Positions 46,018-54,576 of a stretch of 64,000 bases of DNA are shown here, in pieces (the first letter of the stretch is position 1; the number at the start of each line of letters is the position of its first letter). The stretch is taken from the NCBI GenBank assembly GCA_021513695.1, contig CP084166.1, positions 576,001 through 640,000 on the forward strand, written 5' to 3'. Both the position numbers and the translations under genes were made by a program. This DNA comes from Candidatus Heimdallarchaeum aukensis (GTDB taxonomy: Archaea > Asgardarchaeota > Heimdallarchaeia > Heimdallarchaeales > Heimdallarchaeaceae). The notes under the pieces were generated by a model that saw nothing but the letters and a program-made list of their open reading frames with translations, did not search any database and was not told the origin of the DNA.

Positions 46018-48018
46018 ATGAAAAGTTTTTTACCTAAATTTCTGCTTAATGAAATCGATCTTTATTTAGATGATTCTCAGAAGTCTATTTTTGAAGAGAA
46101 GGTTAAAAGTATTGTAAGTAATGCTTCTGACTATGATACGATTTCCAAGGACATTACTGCCTTTCTTTTGAATGAAGATTTTACTGATTTAACGACTTAT
46201 GATCAAATGCTTATTCTTGTTTCAATTCTTCTAAATTACTGGAAAAAGGATTATTCTCTTATTTTTAGCATCTATGACAAATTTCATTCTTTTGATTTAC
46301 CTCTTAGCGTTATGATTTGTTTTCTTCTATTTTTTCAAGAATCTTTTGATTTAACCACTTTTAACCTTTGGAGAGAGAAGATAGAAGAGTACATTACAAA
46401 CATTTCTGATTCTACTGAAAAAGAATTTCTTAAAACTGCTATTGAGCAATTTGCTTCTAAGCTTGAGCAAAGGCCTGAGGTTGGTTATCGTTCTATGAAT
46501 CAGCTTATTCGTTCTCTTGAGGAGAATGAGCATATTTCTTATCGATATCCTTTTGTTTTCGAGGCTTTAGAGATTGATCTTATTCAGTACTCTAACATTT
46601 TAGCTGATGAAGTTTTTTCTGAAATCTGGATTGAGTCCGCTAGAAGAAGAGCTGAAGTTATGGAAAACTATGGCATGTTAGTTCAAGTTAACAGCCTTCT
46701 TGCTAGTATTTTAGTTAAAGAGTATCATCTTGAAAAAGCTAAAGAGAAAATTGAGGAGGGGTTAGAGATTGCTAAGAGGATCAATTCTCCTATTTTAGCT
46801 GCTCAAATTGAGTTGAACAAGGCCTTGTTATTGAAGATGCAAGGTAAGTTGGACGAAGCTTTGAAGTTATATGAAAAAATTGCTAAAGTTAAGAATCTTC
46901 CTCAAACTTTTCAATTGGATATTTACAGTAAAATAGGTGAAATTTATCTCAACAAGGACGAGATAGTTAAAGCTGAAGAATACTACCTTAAAGCTCACGA
47001 GATTAATAAGAAACTTAATTTTATCAATCCTCTTGTTGAAATAGTTATAGGTTACATTAACCTGATTTTAGAGAAAGATAAGGGGGAAGCTTTAGATGAG
47101 GGGTTGAAGATTGCTGAAGAACAGTTTGATTTTTCTTCTATTCCTTACTACTACTTCTACAAAGGTATTTATGAGCAACAAAGGGTTAACTTATCCTTAT
47201 CTATTGAATACCTTGAACAAGCTTTGAACTCTTTTGAGCACCAAAAGAACTTTGAGGGTATTGTTTATACTAACGGTGCATTGGCAGAGTCTTATCTTCA
47301 GATTTACAAGCTTCTTCACGATAACAAATATTCTTCTCGGTTCCTCTATTATATTGACAATCTTATTGAAATACTAAAGGAGTTAAACAATCCTTTGTAT
47401 GTTGAAGCAATAAAGACTAAAGCAGGTTACTATTTAGATAAAGGTTTAATTAAAAATGCTGAAGATCTGTTTATTGATGGAATAGAATTTGCTAGGACAC
47501 GAGGATTAAAAGAGGAAGAAATATATCTTAAGGAATCGCTTACTAACAAGAAGAATTTAACAAAAATAACTTTAGAAGGTACTCAAATACTCTTTAGAAA
47601 AATAAGGATGTTCAGCTTTGGTAAGCATAAAACTGTTCCCACCAAATTATACTTACTTTTAGCCATTAATGAAGCTGGAATTCCTTTAGTTTCTCACTCT
47701 TTTACTGAAGAAGAGATGGTAGATGATCTTTTAGTTTCAGGGTTAATTTCAGCTATAATTAATTTCTCTTCTGAAGTTCTAGGAAAAGGAGGAGAAACCT
47801 TACGATCAATAAATCATGAGGGCAAAGCTGTTATAGTAGAGAAAAAGGACAATGTGATGGGTATCTTAGTTGCTGAAGATGAGAATTTCGAGATGAGACT
47901 GGAACTTAGACAGTTTTTGCAGAAAGCGCTTGATAAGTTAGTTTCTGGACTTCCTATTGTCAGAGAAAACGACAGTGAGATTTTTTCTATTATAGAAGAA
48001 GTTTTTGAGAGAAAATAA
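46018..48018 (+). CDS. TPR-rich scaffold protein with C-terminal longin (Bet5/sybindin-like) / roadblock-type domain
   Basis: 666 aa. Helical/TPR repeats through about residue 520. C-terminal KLYLLLAINEAGIPLVSHSF..DDLLVSGLISAIINFSSEVL..INHEGKAVIVEKKDNVMGILV. Confidence 0.75.
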   Translation: MKSFLPKFLLNEIDLYLDDSQKSIFEEKVKSIVSNASDYDTISKDITAFLLNEDFTDLTTYDQMLILVSILLNYWKKDYSLIFSIYDKFHSFDLPLSVMICFLLFFQESFDLTTFNLWREKIEEYITNISDSTEKEFLKTAIEQFASKLEQRPEVGYRSMNQLIRSLEENEHISYRYPFVFEALEIDLIQYSNILADEVFSEIWIESARRRAEVMENYGMLVQVNSLLASILVKEYHLEKAKEKIEEGLEIAKRINSPILAAQIELNKALLLKMQGKLDEALKLYEKIAKVKNLPQTFQLDIYSKIGEIYLNKDEIVKAEEYYLKAHEINKKLNFINPLVEIVIGYINLILEKDKGEALDEGLKIAEEQFDFSSIPYYYFYKGIYEQQRVNLSLSIEYLEQALNSFEHQKNFEGIVYTNGALAESYLQIYKLLHDNKYSSRFLYYIDNLIEILKELNNPLYVEAIKTKAGYYLDKGLIKNAEDLFIDGIEFARTRGLKEEEIYLKESLTNKKNLTKITLEGTQILFRKIRMFSFGKHKTVPTKLYLLLAINEAGIPLVSHSFTEEEMVDDLLVSGLISAIINFSSEVLGKGGETLRSINHEGKAVIVEKKDNVMGILVAEDENFEMRLELRQFLQKALDKLVSGLPIVRENDSEIFSIIEEVFERK

Positions 48019-48101
48019 AACTAAAATTAAAACTAAAATTGAAATTAAAAGCAAAATTGAAATTATAAAATCAAAGAAGGTAAAAATTAGGAAAAAAGAG
48101 A

Positions 48102-50084
48102 TTAGGAAACTAAAGGTCTAACTTGATACTTTAGTCCTATAATTTTCATTATATCTACTGCATCTTCAATGGTGTTTGCTGATACTTCTAGTTCTTCAAT
48201 TATTTGATCTATATAGAGTATTTCTACTGTACTCATCTTTTCTGTCTCTGGAAGAAGTTTTTCTAGAGCTTTATGATTATTTATGTCTAATTCATGTTCT
48301 ATAGCATGTACATCGTTAAATATTGGATGAGAAGCAAGTGGTTGAATGCATACTACTTCTAATACTTCTACTGCTTTGTCGATCAAGTCGCATAGTAAAT
48401 CACACTCTTTTCTCAAGTATTGGGCAAAATAATCTTCTATTTTCTCTCTTGGAATATAGAGTATTTTCCTTAGAGAGCGTAAGATGTAACCTATCGCTTT
48501 ATCGAGTGTTGTTGTAAGTTTGTAAAAGTGGTAGTCATCTGGAGCAGGTCTAACACTGCTGTACATTACTTGAGTAACCTTAAATACAAGATCATCTGCA
48601 CGCCTTTCTTCTTCTTTTGCTTCCCTCATAAGTTTAATGGCTTGTTCTTTATCGCCATCCAAATATTTCTTAAATGACTGAGCTAGTAAATGAATTGTTT
48701 TCTGTACTTTTTCTGCGTGTTTTATTGAATGAGAGGCTTGCACCCATCCTGGTCTTGTTTCTATTGCTAATATTAAGAATGATAAGCCAAGAATGATTAA
48801 TAGTATTCCACTTACTAAGAAAGGAAATTTGAAGACATTACTAACTACACTATTGCCTAGAAACTGTAATGATTCAAAATTTACTACTAGTCCTGCTAAA
48901 CCGAGTACAAGTAAAGGTCCAGTGAAGTAGCCTGAATCTAAAGATGAGCGATAAACACCTATACTTTTTTCTCTTTTTATTATAGGAACAACATCCTTTG
49001 TTATACTTGGAAGAGAAGGATAATACAGAGAAGTACCTAGTCCAGCAAGCAAAGTTAATAATACTACAACTCCAAAAACATCAGTGAATATAATCAGTAT
49101 AATACTAGATCCAGCAAGAATAAATCCAAGTATCATAGGTGTTTTTCTTCCAATTCTATCGCTTAATTTACCCGTGAAAGGCATACTTATTGACCAAGCT
49201 AAAGTGAAAACTGAGGTGGCTATACCAATTTGTACATTAGAAAAACCGTAAACAGTTGATAATAGGAGCGGAAAAATCAAAACTAGAATACTATCTGTTA
49301 TTCTAGAAATGTGTCCTCCCAAATTTGCTAAGATTAGTGTTGGAACTCTAAAAATATTTTTTGTACTCCATCTACTTTCCACTTTTGTTGCATCCAACAG
49401 TACTGAATCTTTTGTTCCTGCAACCAGATCTGTAGTTTCTACATTCTTAATAAATACAAAACCAAAAGCTAGAGCTGTTCCTGCAATTATTAAAGCAAAG
49501 ATGAAAGTTTCAGCAAAACCTAAGTTATTTGCTATCACACCTGCTAAGAATGAACCTAAACTTGAGCCTAAGTACACTGAAAATTCCATTGAACCCACTG
49601 AAAAAGCTGCTCCTTCGTAACCTGCAATATCAGTGAGTGCTGACATAGTCGAAGTAAAGAGTAAACCTAATCCCCCTCCGATGAAAGCGTTACCTAAAGG
49701 TAAAGCCCATAAGTTTCTTGAAAATGCTAAAGCGAATGAACCACAAAGAAGCAATATTAGTCCTATTCTAATAGTCCATTTTCGTTGATATTTGTCACTA
49801 ATAGATGAGCTAAAGAATCCTGCTATACCTTTAAATAGCCCATAAGCTATTACAGCAGAAGATATTTGGAGAAAAACTATGAAACTTTTTTGGAAATTTT
49901 CTTTTGATTCAAAGAGAGGAAAATCGGTAAATGATTCACCAAAGAGAGAAAGAGAGGTTCTTTGAACACCATAAGCTATACCTGCAAAAAGTAGTACAGT
50001 AATTATTGGTCCCCACTTGGAGATAGACTTTAAAAATGAGAAACTTTCCAGCTTTTTTTCTTTCATTTCCATACAATTATTCAA
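48102..50084 (-). CDS. MFS transporter fused to a C-terminal DUF47/PhoU-like helical domain
   Basis: About 12 TM helices in the first 450 aa. The C-terminal 200 aa carry repeated E..(R)ADD/E.ELD/E..AN.IED helices like PhoU-related DUF47. Confidence 0.7.
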   Translation of the reverse strand: MNNCMEMKEKKLESFSFLKSISKWGPIITVLLFAGIAYGVQRTSLSLFGESFTDFPLFESKENFQKSFIVFLQISSAVIAYGLFKGIAGFFSSSISDKYQRKWTIRIGLILLLCGSFALAFSRNLWALPLGNAFIGGGLGLLFTSTMSALTDIAGYEGAAFSVGSMEFSVYLGSSLGSFLAGVIANNLGFAETFIFALIIAGTALAFGFVFIKNVETTDLVAGTKDSVLLDATKVESRWSTKNIFRVPTLILANLGGHISRITDSILVLIFPLLLSTVYGFSNVQIGIATSVFTLAWSISMPFTGKLSDRIGRKTPMILGFILAGSSIILIIFTDVFGVVVLLTLLAGLGTSLYYPSLPSITKDVVPIIKREKSIGVYRSSLDSGYFTGPLLVLGLAGLVVNFESLQFLGNSVVSNVFKFPFLVSGILLIILGLSFLILAIETRPGWVQASHSIKHAEKVQKTIHLLAQSFKKYLDGDKEQAIKLMREAKEEERRADDLVFKVTQVMYSSVRPAPDDYHFYKLTTTLDKAIGYILRSLRKILYIPREKIEDYFAQYLRKECDLLCDLIDKAVEVLEVVCIQPLASHPIFNDVHAIEHELDINNHKALEKLLPETEKMSTVEILYIDQIIEELEVSANTIEDAVDIMKIIGLKYQVRPLVS

Positions 50085-50179
50085 AAAAAATAAATAATAA
50101 AGGTTGTTATCTGAATAAAAAGAAAAATCAAAGAAAATGCAATAAATTTAAATTAAAAAATGAGTTTGCCAAATCGGAA

Positions 50180-51007
50180 ATGACGAGACAAAAAAAGAAA
50201 AAGGATTATTTTGTAAAGAAATTCTCTGTTAGCAGACAAATTTTAGCAGATTATAACGATGTCGCAGCTACTTTCCCCAGAGTAAGAGGACATTTAGAAT
50301 ACGACATTACAAATGCAAAGAAAAGAATAGAAGAGATAAAAAAAGTAGATAAGTACGACATTTCTTATACTGCTTGGATTGCAAAATGTATTAGTCGAGC
50401 AGTTAAAGAAGATTTAAGATTCAACTCCTATAGAAAAGGCAGAAAAATCATTGTCTTTGAAAAAATTGATATTAGTATAATCGTGGAAATTACAACTAAA
50501 GAAGGAAAGAAAGTGCCTTTTAACTATGTTATTAGAGATGTAGAGAGTAAAAGTGTAAAGGAGATAACAGAGGAAATACGTGCAGTTCAAAAGAGAAAAA
50601 TAGAAGAGACAGAACAGCTCACAAGAGATAACTCGAGTAAATTTTCTTCTCTTTACTTGCTTATTCCACGCTTTATAAGAAAAATGGTCATAAAATCAAT
50701 TTTGAAGAACCCATTTAAATTAAAGAAACTAATAGGTACAGTAGGTATAACTTCTCTTGGAATGTTCGTTCAAAACTTTGCAGGATGGGCTATTCCTTTT
50801 GCTGACAAAACCTTAAATGTAGCAGTTGGGGGAATGAAAAAAACTGTAGGTCTAGAAAATGGAGAATTAAAAGAAAAAACATTATTGTGTATAACCTTTT
50901 TAGTAGATCATAACCTTATAGATGGAGCGCCAATAGCTAGATTTGTTGCTAGAGTTGGTGATTTAATGAAAGAAGCAACTTTTCTTGAGGATATAAGCAA
51001 ACCTTAA
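50180..51007 (+). CDS. Stand-alone 2-oxoacid dehydrogenase E2-type acyltransferase catalytic domain
   Basis: VDHNLIDGAPIARF matches the DHRxxDG catalytic motif. There is no lipoyl or E1/E3-binding domain. The track ORF from 50036 overlaps the convergent-start MFS gene, so I use ATG 50180. Confidence 0.7.
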   Translation: MTRQKKKKDYFVKKFSVSRQILADYNDVAATFPRVRGHLEYDITNAKKRIEEIKKVDKYDISYTAWIAKCISRAVKEDLRFNSYRKGRKIIVFEKIDISIIVEITTKEGKKVPFNYVIRDVESKSVKEITEEIRAVQKRKIEETEQLTRDNSSKFSSLYLLIPRFIRKMVIKSILKNPFKLKKLIGTVGITSLGMFVQNFAGWAIPFADKTLNVAVGGMKKTVGLENGELKEKTLLCITFLVDHNLIDGAPIARFVARVGDLMKEATFLEDISKP

Positions 51008-51493
51008 TCACCTTCACAACTCTTTTTTTCGAAAATAACAAAACAAATTTTTTTTCTCAATTTCTGAAATTAGCAATCTATACAAAAATTAAAAGAAAAA
51101 GTTATTAAAACAGAAATAAGGTTACAGGTTCTGATAGGAAAATAGAAAAAGACTCTACGTTATTGGAATATTTTCTGTTTAACAAAAATCTACTTTTGAA
51201 AAATAAAGTGTAGTTTTCAAGAAAAACAAAGAGAAGCCTTACAAGAGAACTTTGAATAAAGAACTTCTAAAAATTGTAATCAACTCAAAAAAATCTAATT
51301 CTTTTATTATTTTCTTCAATTTTTATCCTTTTTCTTCATATTCTTAGAGTATATCTCTTCTATCTTGTAAACAATTTTCTTAAAATCTAAGAATTCTATC
51401 TTTCTATTTTAACCATAAGTATTTGTAAAAAAGAAACTTTAATATAAGGATTACCAGATAGAGTAACAGTAACAAACTTGTTAGTGGAGCAGA

Positions 51494-52171
51494 ATGAACA
51501 AACAATATGAAGATGTATTACATTTTAATCAGAAGCAAATATTGGTTCTAAATGAAAAACAAACAGAATTAATTCGTGACCCCCAATACTCTCCTATAAC
51601 AAGAGTTCTTCGTTCTGGTCCTTTAACAGTTCAAGAAATAACTGAAGAATATAACAAACTAATACTCATGAATTGCCAAATTGATAACGAAAATAATGGT
51701 AATTTTGAAAAATTAAAAAGATCAGAGAAATCTATCTATAGATATCTTCGAGATCTTGAGGAATCAGGATTAGTTACTGTAGCTGGTCAAAGAGTCATTT
51801 TTGGTCAAACAGCTACACAAAAGCTATGGTCGAGAACAGCAAAAATTTTTGTTTTTAAAACACAAACTGTTAATTTTTGGAAAACAGAAGAAGGTTTGAA
51901 ATACGCAGAGAAAATTAATGATTTACTGCATATTATTTTTGAAGATTATGACAAAGAGTGTAAATACACCCAGGAGTTATTAATTCGCTTAAATAAAATC
52001 GCTGAAGAATCAATTTTAAATATTTTTACAAAAAATCCCAAGAAAATTGATGAAATAATTGGGGGGTGTGATTTCGAAGATCTAAATCACATTCTTAAAG
52101 AACTTCATCTTTTAATTTTATTACTAAAAAAGGATGAAGTTGAAGCTTTACTACAAAGTTGTTTTGACTAA
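51494..52171 (+). CDS. Winged-helix (ArsR-like) transcription-factor-like protein
   Basis: ITRVLRSGPLTVQEITEEY ... SIYRYLRDLEESGLVTVAGQRV. Confidence 0.6.
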   Translation: MNKQYEDVLHFNQKQILVLNEKQTELIRDPQYSPITRVLRSGPLTVQEITEEYNKLILMNCQIDNENNGNFEKLKRSEKSIYRYLRDLEESGLVTVAGQRVIFGQTATQKLWSRTAKIFVFKTQTVNFWKTEEGLKYAEKINDLLHIIFEDYDKECKYTQELLIRLNKIAEESILNIFTKNPKKIDEIIGGCDFEDLNHILKELHLLILLLKKDEVEALLQSCFD

Positions 52172-52182
52172 TTTGAATTTAT

Positions 52183-54399
52183 TTACCCTAATACTAGTTC
52201 TTTTTCTGGTTTTGACTTCTGTTTAGTCTTTTTTGTATCTATTGTTTTTTTCTCTATTTCTGTATCTTTTTTCTTAACTATATCATCTTTCTGTTGATCT
52301 AGGGATGTTTCTACTTTCTCTTTCTTTTCTTTAATATACTTAGCTTCTTCTACACTTACTTCTTCTGTCTCTTTTGTATCATTTTGTTGTTTTTTCTCTT
52401 TGATTTCTTCTTTAGAAGGAACAACTTTTTTTGAAATCCTCTCTTTTCTAGTATCTTTTGCTTCTTGTCTCGTTTCTTTTTTTACCTTTGTCATTATTTT
52501 AGGTTCTGACTTTTGTTCTTTCTCTTTTTCTAGTTCTTCAACTATTTTAATTTGCATTTCTTTTTTGACTCTTTCATATAAATTGACTGACCAAGGTAAA
52601 TTCTCTTGAATTGAAATATTAGAGAGAGAACGAAGAATCTCTATAACAAATTTTTTCTGTGTTTCCTTGTTACTTGAAAGCTTGTTATATGCATTTGACA
52701 AAATAGAATAAACTTTTTCTTCCTCAGTGTAAAGAAACAACATATTTCTGATTACTGTTGAAAGATCTCTATTTTTCTCAAATTGGAAAATGTTCTTGCA
52801 TATTATATCTTCAAATACTTTTTTAAGGGTAGAATCATTTTTTTCTACTGTTTTTAGATCAAAACAAGTTTGAATACTTTCAATAGTTAAGTTTTGTAAA
52901 GAGTTAGAAATGAAACCCTTTTTTTGATTTAATGTTGTGATTACTCCATTTAGGAAGTTTGTGCTCAAGGTTTCTGCGCAAATAGATAACAGTTCATTTT
53001 TTTGATTAGTAAAAACTAATTCACTCTTTAGATTTTGTAAAATGACTACAACTTCTTCTACATCAAAGTCTCCTGAAATCTTGTTTTTTATTGATTCCTC
53101 TGAAAAGAATACTGAATAATAATAGAATTTTTCACTTAACTCTGATAACGTAGGATCTTTACTTTTATTCATATCTTTTATATTCATTGAAAGTGCAACT
53201 AACAACCCTCGAATAATTTTTTCAAAATCTCTTTTTTCTTCTTCTTTTGAAACTTGGAGTTTAAATAACATTATAATTAGTTTATTGATTTGTAAAAGAA
53301 CTAGTTCTTTTTCTTTTAATGTTAAATCTGATAACTCGGTATCTATTGCAATTACTGATTTATCTAATAAAAAGTTTAGATTTTCTCTTGTCTTTGAATT
53401 AAGTTTGCTTTCTTTACCTAAAGCATGAAAATAAGCAAAAGTGCTAATAGCAAATAAATTAATTCTCTCTTCTAGTCTATTTAAAAAAACTTCAAAGTTT
53501 CTAACTATTTTATCTAATTTTTCTTCAGGTTTATCTTGCTGCTCTAAACCTATTTTAAAGCTATTTAGGTAGTCTATTGAACATTTTGAAGAAAAGATGT
53601 ACAATATTGTTGGATAAAAAGTTAGATATTCAAGGAGCTCTTTCTTAATCAAATTAATGTCAAAGAAATAGTTAGATGCTCCCATTAAAAGTGCAAAATC
53701 AGTAAGAAATTGTGCTTTCTCAATAGGTAAAAATTTTAACAAATCGTTTTCTAAATACTCAAATCGAATGAGTTTTCTTCCGCAAGAAGGGCAAGACTCT
53801 TCATTAACTATTTTTTGTCCACATATTGAGCATAAAACAGTCTTTTTTCTTATTTGTATTCCACATTGATTACAATAATTGCTGTCAGGGTGATTAGAAG
53901 AATCACAGTTTAAACATTTAACAACCTTAAAAGAAGGTTTTTCTTTTCTTTCAAAGTATTCTTCTTTTTGTTCTTGTTCGATACTTGTCTCTTTCTGGTG
54001 AATGTCAAATTTTAAACCACAATATTTACAAAAACGAGCGTTTGGAGGATTAACAGTTTGACAGTTTGAACAAATCAAAATGTTTGGTTCACTTTTTTTC
54101 TCTGTAAATCTTGCACCACATTGGGTACAAAATTTTGCATCAATTTTTTGCATAGATCTACAAAAAGGACAAGCTTTTGTCTGTGAGCTACTTTTATTTT
54201 TCTTGTTTCTTTCATTAGCAAAGTTGTATCCACATTTAGAACAAAACAGAGCTTCATTTCGAACATATTTCTGACAAACAGGACATTGTTTAAGAAGTGT
54301 ATATTCAGTAGGAGTATCGATTTTATTTCCACAGTGAGTACAATAAGAAACTTCTTTTTTATTCAGAAGACCACATCTATTGCACATCTTTTGTATCAT
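52183..54399 (-). CDS. Six tandem zinc ribbons, long helical domain and K/E-rich tail
   Basis: Six CxxC-x10/11-CxxC units in residues 6-207, then about 400 aa helical and a C-terminal low-complexity K/E/T region. Confidence 0.75.
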   Translation of the reverse strand: MIQKMCNRCGLLNKKEVSYCTHCGNKIDTPTEYTLLKQCPVCQKYVRNEALFCSKCGYNFANERNKKNKSSSQTKACPFCRSMQKIDAKFCTQCGARFTEKKSEPNILICSNCQTVNPPNARFCKYCGLKFDIHQKETSIEQEQKEEYFERKEKPSFKVVKCLNCDSSNHPDSNYCNQCGIQIRKKTVLCSICGQKIVNEESCPSCGRKLIRFEYLENDLLKFLPIEKAQFLTDFALLMGASNYFFDINLIKKELLEYLTFYPTILYIFSSKCSIDYLNSFKIGLEQQDKPEEKLDKIVRNFEVFLNRLEERINLFAISTFAYFHALGKESKLNSKTRENLNFLLDKSVIAIDTELSDLTLKEKELVLLQINKLIIMLFKLQVSKEEEKRDFEKIIRGLLVALSMNIKDMNKSKDPTLSELSEKFYYYSVFFSEESIKNKISGDFDVEEVVVILQNLKSELVFTNQKNELLSICAETLSTNFLNGVITTLNQKKGFISNSLQNLTIESIQTCFDLKTVEKNDSTLKKVFEDIICKNIFQFEKNRDLSTVIRNMLFLYTEEEKVYSILSNAYNKLSSNKETQKKFVIEILRSLSNISIQENLPWSVNLYERVKKEMQIKIVEELEKEKEQKSEPKIMTKVKKETRQEAKDTRKERISKKVVPSKEEIKEKKQQNDTKETEEVSVEEAKYIKEKKEKVETSLDQQKDDIVKKKDTEIEKKTIDTKKTKQKSKPEKELVLG

Positions 54400-54498
54400 A
54401 GAACCCCAGCGCTAACTTCTATTTAGAAAGTACCATACAAGTATATATAACTAGTTTTTTAAGATTGGATTTAGAATTAGATTTATCACAATTTTTGT

Positions 54499-54537
54499 TG
54501 TACAATCACTTGTACAAACTATTAATCACGATGTACA
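54499..54537. promoter_or_regulatory. Three TGTACAA (palindromic core TGTACA) sites; candidate operator
   Basis: At 54499, 54511 and 54532. The last two are preceded by AATCAC. The third abuts the TATA box of the beta-helix gene. Confidence 0.3.
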
Positions 54538-54542
54538 AAGTC

Positions 54543-54552
54543 TTTATATAAA
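54543..54552 (+). promoter_or_regulatory. Candidate TATA box
   Basis: TTTATATAAA lies about 27 nt upstream of the ATG at 54577. Confidence 0.35.
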
Positions 54553-54576
54553 TAGAATGAAATTTCAAAGTAATAT

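Noticed and set aside
48019-48101. AAAATTGAAATTA-like short tandem repeats between convergent genes
   Set aside because: This is low-complexity A/T sequence with imperfect units, probably just terminator or spacer DNA.
50036-50179. N-terminal 48-codon extension of the E2-domain ORF
   Set aside because: It overlaps the 5' end of the oppositely oriented MFS gene and encodes low-complexity K/N-rich sequence. The ATG at 50180 gives a sensible domain start.
51008-51493. 486-nt intergenic region as a possible ncRNA or C/D-box sRNA locus
   Set aside because: No C (RUGAUGA) / D (CUGA) box pair or stable stem was found. The composition is plain A/T-rich promoter-like DNA.
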